DNA of 55,311 nucleotides. Source: Acidobacteriota bacterium (GTDB lineage: Bacteria > Acidobacteriota > Thermoanaerobaculia > Multivoradales > UBA5704). The position numbers were made by a program, and so were the translations under genes. The notes beneath the pieces were generated by a model, which saw only the letters and a program-made list of their open reading frames with translations, made no database searches and was not told the origin of the DNA. Shown here in pieces: positions 49,315 through 55,311 of this stretch. Location of the stretch: assembly GCA_040005235.1 (NCBI GenBank), contig JBDTZG010000035.1:1-55311 (forward strand). Direction: 5' to 3'. The stretch's first letter is position 1. Each line of letters opens with the position of its first letter.

Positions 49315-50568
49315 CTAGCGGCTGATCTTGTCGATCTGCGACATGCCGTTGCCGCTGGTGCAGGTCAGCCGATAAGGGATGGGGAGCGACCCCATGGGCG
49401 GCGGGTTGGCGGCGTTCGTGGTCACCCTAAGAATCCAGGCGTCGGCGACGCCGTTGTTGATCGACTGCCGCTCGCGGGTGGTGAACTCCCCGGTCGATTG
49501 AAAGCCGCCGGTGATCACCGTGCCATCGGGAGCGACCACCTCGAGGGCGAGCTGGGCGCTGTCGACGGAACATTGGACGAGATCCGGATGGCGCAGAAAG
49601 ATCGCGTGCAAAGGCGGACTGGCACCGGGAACGAAGAGGAAATTGCCCCATCCCGGTGTCGAATTCGCGCTCACCCGTCGTTGCCGCAGCAGATCCTTGG
49701 GCTCGTACACCTTGCCCATCAGGTAATTGGTCGTCGGACCGTCGATCACCCGGCAGGTGGCGACCATCGACGGATTGGAAGAGTTGGCCGCGGGCTCGAC
49801 CTCGACCCGTGCCCCGTCGATCGCCACCCCTCCGAGGCCCACGAGGGAGAACACGTCGACCAGAAGCTCGGCCGACCACGGCCCCAGCGAAACCAACGTG
49901 GTGCCCAGCACGCCGCCGCTCGAATCCTTGAGCGAGACCCGATAGAGGTTTCCGGAGCCTCCGGCATCGTAGAAGCTCCCGATCAGGCAGTCGGTCCGCA
50001 GCTTCACCGCACCCGAGGCGCCGTTTTGGACGCCGGTGATGATCTGGGTCGAGCCTTCGAGTGCGCCGAGCGGCAGACCGGGTTCGTTGTAGCCGACCGC
50101 CGGACCGCCACCGCCGGGAATCGCCTCGACCCGGGCGAGCGCCGAGATTCGCATCGAAGAGCTGGCCCGGTTTACGAACAGGGTGAGCGTCCCGCGATCG
50201 CCGATGGACCCCGCCGGCCGGGAGCCTCTGCACTTCTGTTCGAGCATATCCCGCAGATTGAATCGCAGGACGCCATCGGCGGGCACGGTGAGGACGAAGG
50301 TCTGAGGTACCGGATTCGCATTGCTCTCGCTGCAGTTGAGCAGGGTCGGGTTGGCCGAGGTGCGCTCGCCGACGTACCAGCCGATCAGGCCGGCCGCGCC
50401 GGCGGAATAATTCTCGACGAAGATCTGGGTTTGGGTGTTGAAGCTCGGCGCGTTGACGACGAACGGTAGGACGATCGCGTATCCGGAGTTGTCGGAGCTC
50501 ATGGCGCCTGCGGGCGAAACAGCCGAGAGAAACGCGAGGCAGGCGAGCGTAGGAAGTAGAGTTTTCAT
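49315..50568 (-). CDS. secreted hypothetical protein (paralog of 50582..51904)
   Basis: signal peptide MKTLLPTLACLAFLSAVSPAGA; beta-rich; Cys positions shared with the neighbour. Confidence 0.8.
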   Translation of the reverse strand: MKTLLPTLACLAFLSAVSPAGAMSSDNSGYAIVLPFVVNAPSFNTQTQIFVENYSAGAAGLIGWYVGERTSANPTLLNCSESNANPVPQTFVLTVPADGVLRFNLRDMLEQKCRGSRPAGSIGDRGTLTLFVNRASSSMRISALARVEAIPGGGGPAVGYNEPGLPLGALEGSTQIITGVQNGASGAVKLRTDCLIGSFYDAGGSGNLYRVSLKDSSGGVLGTTLVSLGPWSAELLVDVFSLVGLGGVAIDGARVEVEPAANSSNPSMVATCRVIDGPTTNYLMGKVYEPKDLLRQRRVSANSTPGWGNFLFVPGASPPLHAIFLRHPDLVQCSVDSAQLALEVVAPDGTVITGGFQSTGEFTTRERQSINNGVADAWILRVTTNAANPPPMGSLPIPYRLTCTSGNGMSQIDKISR

Positions 50569-50581
50569 GATCGTCCTCGCG

Positions 50582-51904
50582 TTAGAAGTCATCGGTCGCC
50601 GTATCGAGCGGCAGCATGGCGGAGATTCCACTGGTGCTTTCGCAGAGCACGCCGAAGGCGCCGGTCGTGAGACCGCTGTTGGGATAGCCGGTGGAGGGGG
50701 TTCCTCGCCACGAGATCTCCACCACCCATCGGCCGTTAACGCCCTGGCTCACTTGGTTTTTGACCCCGGTGGAGAAGGTTCCGGTGTCGCTGATTCCGGG
50801 TCCCCCGGCAACCAACACGCCGTCGGGGGAGAGCACCCGCAGCTCCTGCCAAGGAGCGGGATTCTCTTGGGGAGCGACCAGCGACGGCACGAGCCAGCAG
50901 CGTGCACGATCCTCATGCCGCAGGTAGAAGGCCAACCGGGCCTTCATGCCTTTGTTCATCATGATCCCTATCTTGGCCGGCCCGACGAGGAGACGGGTAT
51001 CGCCCCGAACGGGCATCCGCGAACGCGAGCGATCGTTGGGTTGCGGGGTCGTCGCGATGCGGAAGTCCTCCATCCCGGTCGAGAGTGTTTCGACGCTGCA
51101 GCCGGCGACTAGATCCGCGCCGAGCGTCGGGGCGAGGGCGTACAGCTCGGCGGTCAGGTTGGAGTACTGCTGCGGCGGCAGATTCGCCAACGCGAGCAGG
51201 TTGGCCAGCTTCACCATCGTCCACCGCCGGAGGCGGACGGTGATCGGATTTCCCACCGCCCGCGCGCTGCCGCTCGTGTAGTCCATCAGTTGGACCGAGA
51301 CGTCTTTGTCTTCGCCACGGGCGCCGAGGTAGCAATGCGGCACTTTTTCGACCAGGGCGGTCGGCGGATTGGGGATCGTCCCCTCCAGGCCGAGCACGCG
51401 TAGCGTGGCGGTGCGGAATTGGCTGGTGGTTCCGGGATCGAGGGCGCCGACCGGCTCTCCCTCGACGGTAAAGCGATTGCCCTTCCTCGTGGAGACGACG
51501 CTGGTGGCAAAGAACGGGTTCGTGTCGAACCCGCCGAAAGTGCTCAGCTCCAGATAGCCGAAGTTCTCGACGTCGGGGGATCCGAGCGGGCAGAGCTGCG
51601 AGAGAGGGAATTGCTGCGCTTCTCCCGCACGCAAGTGTACGGACGCACAGAATCGGATCCCGACCGATGAAGCCGCCAACGGCGTGCCGTCCGCCCCGAT
51701 GTACATCGGGAAGATTTCGATGGCGAGCGAGCTGGGATTCGTAAGGTAGATCGTCGATTCGCGTTCCGTGCCGCTGACCACATACGGCACGATGACGATC
51801 CGGCCGGCGCCATCCAGGCTGGTGGCATGAGCAGGACTGATGGCGCTCGCCAGGAGGCCGAACGCCAAGAGCATGAGGGCGGGCAACCCGGCGTGTCTAT
51901 TCAT
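50582..51904 (-). CDS. secreted hypothetical protein (paralog of 49315..50568)
   Basis: AAGGA RBS; signal peptide MNRHAGLPALMLLAFGLLASAISPAHA; shared blocks along the whole length. Confidence 0.8.
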   Translation of the reverse strand: MNRHAGLPALMLLAFGLLASAISPAHATSLDGAGRIVIVPYVVSGTERESTIYLTNPSSLAIEIFPMYIGADGTPLAASSVGIRFCASVHLRAGEAQQFPLSQLCPLGSPDVENFGYLELSTFGGFDTNPFFATSVVSTRKGNRFTVEGEPVGALDPGTTSQFRTATLRVLGLEGTIPNPPTALVEKVPHCYLGARGEDKDVSVQLMDYTSGSARAVGNPITVRLRRWTMVKLANLLALANLPPQQYSNLTAELYALAPTLGADLVAGCSVETLSTGMEDFRIATTPQPNDRSRSRMPVRGDTRLLVGPAKIGIMMNKGMKARLAFYLRHEDRARCWLVPSLVAPQENPAPWQELRVLSPDGVLVAGGPGISDTGTFSTGVKNQVSQGVNGRWVVEISWRGTPSTGYPNSGLTTGAFGVLCESTSGISAMLPLDTATDDF

Positions 51905-51974
51905 TTCCTTGTCAGAGTCATACATGGTCGCTGTCTCCGTGAGCGACGGCAAAAGGCCGCCTTCATCTTGATAT

Positions 51975-51998
51975 GCGGATTTGGCGATTCTTTTTTTC
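51975..51998 (-). promoter_or_regulatory. copy of motif GAAAAAm-N5-CGCCRAATCCGY (candidate ECF promoter)
   Basis: minus strand GAAAAAAAGAATCGCCAAATCCGC, about 70 bp upstream of the secreted-protein pair; same spacing as the copies at 53456 and 55149. Confidence 0.5.
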
Positions 51999-52093
51999 GC
52001 GGGTCGGAAGGGTGCTTCCCAGGTGCCTACGGTTTTCGACTCGACCGCAAGCTTGAAAGGCCGTCTCCTCAGGCGTGCTAAAACGTGCGCCCT

Positions 52094-52441
52094 ATGACAG
52101 CCATCGACCTAGAAAGCATGCTCTCTCAAACCGCCGACCCCCGGCAGAGGGTCGCGTGGTTCGCGCTACTTTCTCTAGGTGCGATTGAGTCCCTGGTGAG
52201 TGGCGCCATCCGCGCCAGCGACGCGATTCGCCTCTTGTTTCACGCCGACAACTGTTTGTTCGTCCGCGAGCGCCTGCAGCACGAAGACGCCGACGAGCTC
52301 ATGAGCCGCGGCGTCCAGCTTCCTGACCTGTTCGACGCATTGCCCGCCGAAGAGGCTCACCAGGAATACCAGCGGGAGCTGGCAACGATGCATTCCCTCT
52401 GCCTCAAGCTCATCGAAGCAGAAGATTCAGCGGCTGCCTGA
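52094..52441 (+). CDS. hypothetical helical protein, DUF3969-like
   Basis: LSLG.IESL..G.I...DA...LF....ELMS.G..L.D....LP pattern recalled as DUF3969-like; not verified. Confidence 0.6.
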   Translation: MTAIDLESMLSQTADPRQRVAWFALLSLGAIESLVSGAIRASDAIRLLFHADNCLFVRERLQHEDADELMSRGVQLPDLFDALPAEEAHQEYQRELATMHSLCLKLIEAEDSAAA

Positions 52442-52527
52442 CCGGGCGGCGAGGCCGGCGCAGGTCCAGCCTACAGTCCGCCCCTCCGGGAATCGACGAT
52501 CGGTCCCTCAACCAAGGCCGCCTACAG

Positions 52528-52815
52528 CTAGGCGGCCGAGAGCCTTTGGACCTGAAGCGTGCCGCGTTTCTTCTCTACCTGCCAAAGGTCATACTGGGTC
52601 TGCTGGCTGAGCCAACTCTCTGCCGTCGTGTCGAACGCCAGCGAAAGTCGCACGGCCATTTCGGGGCTGATCCCAAAATGGCCGTTGACGATCCCCGACA
52701 GGGTCTTGCGGCTGACGCCCAGCGCCTTGGCTGCGTCGCTCACCGTCAAACCGAGCGGCTCCAGGCAGAAGGACCGCAAAACCTCGCCCGGATGGGGTGG
52801 ATTGTGCATTCTCAT
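52528..52815 (-). CDS. higA: HigA antitoxin (HTH)
   Basis: [24 protein letters not shown]...ISPEMA.RL...F.T..E.WL..Q..YDL. Confidence 0.93.
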   Translation of the reverse strand: MRMHNPPHPGEVLRSFCLEPLGLTVSDAAKALGVSRKTLSGIVNGHFGISPEMAVRLSLAFDTTAESWLSQQTQYDLWQVEKKRGTLQVQRLSAA

Positions 52816-52825
52816 CGTTTCGGCC

Positions 52826-53107
52826 TCAATGATAGTCCTCGTAGTCAACTCCTTCGACATCCGTCTCAACGAACGCAAAGGTCACTCGCCAATTGCCGCT
52901 CACGCTGACCGCCCAAGTCCCCCGACGGTCTCCTTTGAGCTGATGCAACTGGAGGCCCGGCAGGTTCATATCCCGCGGATCCGTTGCCACATTCAACCGG
53001 CCCAGGATCAAGCGGAGCCTGTCCGCATGTTGGGCCTGAATCCTGGACGCTTTCCCCGTACTGAAGAAAATCTCCAGCCCTTTGTGCCGGAATCCGAGGA
53101 TCGCCAC
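52826..53107 (-). CDS. higB: HigB toxin (RelE/ParE fold)
   Basis: [33 protein letters not shown]; toxin-first order. Confidence 0.93.
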   Translation of the reverse strand: MAILGFRHKGLEIFFSTGKASRIQAQHADRLRLILGRLNVATDPRDMNLPGLQLHQLKGDRRGTWAVSVSGNWRVTFAFVETDVEGVDYEDYH

Positions 53108-53113
53108 CAGGCT

Positions 53114-53142
53114 AGTGTAACGCGTACCTTCACGGGTGCCAA
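53114..53142 (-). promoter_or_regulatory. leaderless sigma70 promoter of higBA
   Basis: TTGGCA-N17-TACACT, 6 nt before GTG 53107. Confidence 0.65.
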
Positions 53143-53408
53143 TGTCCCCGAAACCTAACCTGGCTGACGTCGCTCACCCAGCCGGCGACGACGATCTTCC
53201 CGTCCGGTTGCACGACGACGTCAAACGCGTAGTCGGTACTACTAATGGGGCTCGCTGGGTCAATGACAGTCGTTACCCGGCCCGTGCCGCCGCCGAAGCT
53301 TGTGTCGAGAGTTCCGGCGGCGGCGAGCGCCTCGGTCTGAGAGTGGGCCACGGCCACCGAGCCGGCCGCCAGAAGAAAAAACGTGCTGATCCGCAACCGA
53401 TATCGCAT
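53130..53408 (-). pseudogene. truncated secreted delta-60-repeat beta-propeller protein
   Basis: GGAGGT RBS, signal peptide, GTLDTSFG.G.G.V and A.DVVVQPDGKIVVAG (one repeat only), then the frame degenerates at the higBA promoter. Confidence 0.75.
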
Positions 53409-53448
53409 CGCTTGAACCTCCGTTGGGCGGACAAGTCGCCCTCTACTA

Positions 53449-53479
53449 GAGGCAAGCGGATTCGGCGCGAAGTTTTTTC
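53449..53479. repeat. 31-bp direct repeat, copy 1
   Basis: GAGGCAAGCGGATTCGGCGCGAAGTTTTTTC; 28/31 identical to 55142-55172. Confidence 0.85.
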
Positions 53480-53612
53480 CGCCCTCGACTCGGACAACCA
53501 AGGAGGTGTCGAAAGAAGAAGAGCCGGCGAGGGTGTTCGGTTCAAGCTTGGTAGTGAGCATGGACGGTTTCTCGATGGGTGGTTGTTCTTCGTCAGGATC
53601 CAGTCTTCGGGA

Positions 53613-54470
53613 CTACTTCTCCAAAGCCGGGGTCGGTGGCAGCGACGCCGCCACTGCGTCGAGTCCCAGGTTCTTCCGAATGCCAGCGTCCAGCACGCCA
53701 GCAGGCGCGAATCGGCGAAGGAATTGCAGGCGGCTCGCGCCGGCACCGGCCGGGTATCGAAGTTTGGGGCTATTCGAGCTGGCAGCTTTCAGCACGGCGT
53801 CGGCGATGACGCCCGGCTGGTCTCCATCGACGACCATCTCGGTCATCCTCTTGGCCACGGCTGCACGCGCGTCGCCGTAGGCATCGAGCTTCGCGTCGGG
53901 TTGCACCAGGTTCGCGTCGAACTGCGTGCTCGTGTTCGCGGGCTCGATGACCGAGACTCGGATGCCCCTGGTGCGGAGCTCATGGTCGAGCGATTCCGAA
54001 TAGCCTTCAACCGCGTGCTTGGTTGCAGCGTAGAGCGCCATGTACGGTGCCGGCAGGAAACCAAATATGGAGCTGATGTTGATGATGCGACCACTCCCTT
54101 GACGGCGCATGTGCGGCAGAACGGCGCGTGTCATCCGGAGGATTCCGAAAAAATTCGTATCGAAAATCGAGCGCGCCTGCTCGATCGAGCTCTCTTCGGC
54201 GCCGGCAGGCGCGAGGCTGAACCCGGCGTTGTTCACCAGGAGGTCGATGCGACCGGCCAACCGCATCACTTCCCCGACGACGGCTTCGACTGATTCATCG
54301 CTGGTGACATCGAGCCGCAGCATCTCGAACGACCGCTGGCCCGGCCCGACTCCCCGTCTGCTGGTGCCGTAGACCTGGTAGCCATTCATCCCGAGCCGCT
54401 GCGCCGTGGCTTCGCCGATCCCCGACGAGGCGCCCGTCACGAGCGCTATCTTTCCTGTGATCTTAGACAC
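53613..54470 (-). CDS. short-chain dehydrogenase/reductase
   Basis: TGASSGIG, VNNAG, S...YAATK. Confidence 0.93.
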   Translation of the reverse strand: MSKITGKIALVTGASSGIGEATAQRLGMNGYQVYGTSRRGVGPGQRSFEMLRLDVTSDESVEAVVGEVMRLAGRIDLLVNNAGFSLAPAGAEESSIEQARSIFDTNFFGILRMTRAVLPHMRRQGSGRIINISSIFGFLPAPYMALYAATKHAVEGYSESLDHELRTRGIRVSVIEPANTSTQFDANLVQPDAKLDAYGDARAAVAKRMTEMVVDGDQPGVIADAVLKAASSNSPKLRYPAGAGASRLQFLRRFAPAGVLDAGIRKNLGLDAVAASLPPTPALEK

Positions 54471-54485
54471 GTCTTTCTCCTGTCG

Positions 54486-54538
54486 CATACATGATGGTCG
54501 TCATCATTGGGCTGATTATATGACGCTCATCATGTATG
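54486..54538. promoter_or_regulatory. probable TetR operator pair (19-bp inverted repeat)
   Basis: CATACATGATGGTCGTCAT / ATGACGCTCATCATGTATG, 17/19 inverted match; each arm contains the palindrome ATGAyG-nn-CrTCAT; lies between divergent SDR and TetR genes. Confidence 0.75.
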
Positions 54539-54571
54539 ATGTCAAGCGACGGAAAACCGTAGGAGATCAGG

Positions 54572-55138
54572 ATGAAAGTGAGCAGAGAACAGGCCGTCCA
54601 CAACCGTGAACGGATCGTCGAGACGGCAGCCAAGCTATTCCGTGAGCGGGGTTTCGAGGGGATCGGTGTCGCGGATCTGATGAAAGCGGCGGGCCTCACG
54701 CATGGGGGGTTCTACGGACACTTCTCCTCGAAGCAGGACCTGATCGCGGAGGCGTCTTCTCGCGCGCTGATGCGTTCGCTGGCCGCTCTCAGCAAGGAGG
54801 CGGAGCTTGCGCCAGGCGATCCGCTGTCGGCGGTTGCCGACACCTACTTGTCGCGCAAGCATCGCGACAATCCTGGCGCGGGTTGTCTGCTGGCCGCGCT
54901 GGGGCCGGATGTGTCGCGACAGGGTCCGGCCGTGCGGCGCAGTGTGACCGACTACGTGCGTGGCGCTGTCGATCTGCTGACGACGATGGTTCGGGGCAAA
55001 TCGAAAGCCGCACGAAGACAGAAGGCCCTCAGCACGTACGCAACGTTGGTGGGCACCATGGTCATGGCGCGCGCTGTCGATGATCGTGCGCTGTCGCAGG
55101 AAATCCTGAATGCGGGCCTGGCGTCTGTCAAAGCCTGA
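54572..55138 (+). CDS. TetR/AcrR family transcriptional regulator
   Basis: RERIVETA..LFRERGF.G.GVADLMKAAGLTHGGFY.HF.SK..L. Confidence 0.95.
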   Translation: MKVSREQAVHNRERIVETAAKLFRERGFEGIGVADLMKAAGLTHGGFYGHFSSKQDLIAEASSRALMRSLAALSKEAELAPGDPLSAVADTYLSRKHRDNPGAGCLLAALGPDVSRQGPAVRRSVTDYVRGAVDLLTTMVRGKSKAARRQKALSTYATLVGTMVMARAVDDRALSQEILNAGLASVKA

Positions 55139-55141
55139 TGG

Positions 55142-55172
55142 GAGGCAAACGGATTCGGCGCGAAAGTTTTTC
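55142..55172. repeat. 31-bp direct repeat, copy 2
   Basis: GAGGCAAACGGATTCGGCGCGAAAGTTTTTC, starting 3 bp after the TetR stop. Confidence 0.85.
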
Positions 55173-55195
55173 GAGAGGATTTGCGCTATCAGCCC

Positions 55196-55262
55196 TGGGA
55201 AGTCACTTCCTGGCGTGGGAGTCACTTCCTGGTGTGGGAAGTCGCTTCCTGGTGTGGGAAGT
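55196..55262. repeat. tandem 20-bp repeats (about 3.4 units) with an internal palindrome
   Basis: unit TGGGAAGTCACTTCCTGGYG at 55196, 55216 (19 nt), 55235 and partial at 55255; core GGAAGT-C-ACTTCC. Confidence 0.85.
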
Positions 55263-55311
55263 GACCGGAACCTGTCAATGGTTTTGAGACACTTTTTGGG
55301 TTTCGGCTAAG

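Noticed and set aside
55196-55262. CRISPR array
   Set aside because: The repeats are contiguous, with no unique spacers and no cas genes
52000-55311. Integron cassette array or prophage
   Set aside because: No integrase, attC-like sites or phage genes are visible

Overview
High-GC bacterial chromosomal window; the gene content (Oar-type TonB-dependent receptor, many Hanks-type Ser/Thr kinases, DUF4388 proteins, TIGR02999-type ECF) suggests Acidobacteriota (Thermoanaerobaculia-like), which is an inference only. The central part (about 19.7-44.3 kb) is mostly housekeeping: purEK, an acyl-CoA carboxylase beta subunit, glyA, folC-accD, yebC-ruvC, AddAB-like helicase/nuclease and uppS-cdsA. It also holds an unusual pseudo-receiver/Ser-Thr kinase/TonB fusion. 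Both flanks are accessory. The left flank has a sigma54 activator plus a TPR Ser/Thr kinase converging on a small DP-EP-like gene that carries a sigma54 promoter, a candidate new RHH toxin-antitoxin-like pair, a TacAT-type GNAT TA system and a decayed copy of it, and a REC-GAF-DUF4388-patatin operon. The right flank has a tandem RlaP-like nucleotidyltransferase pair, an ECF/Ser-Thr kinase pair next to two paralogous secreted proteins of unknown family, a promoter-like motif present in three copies, higBA, an SDR/TetR cassette bounded by 31-bp direct repeats, and palindromic 20-bp tandem repeats at the window end. I saw no rRNA, tRNA or CRISPR array. All family calls come from motif recognition, not database searches.
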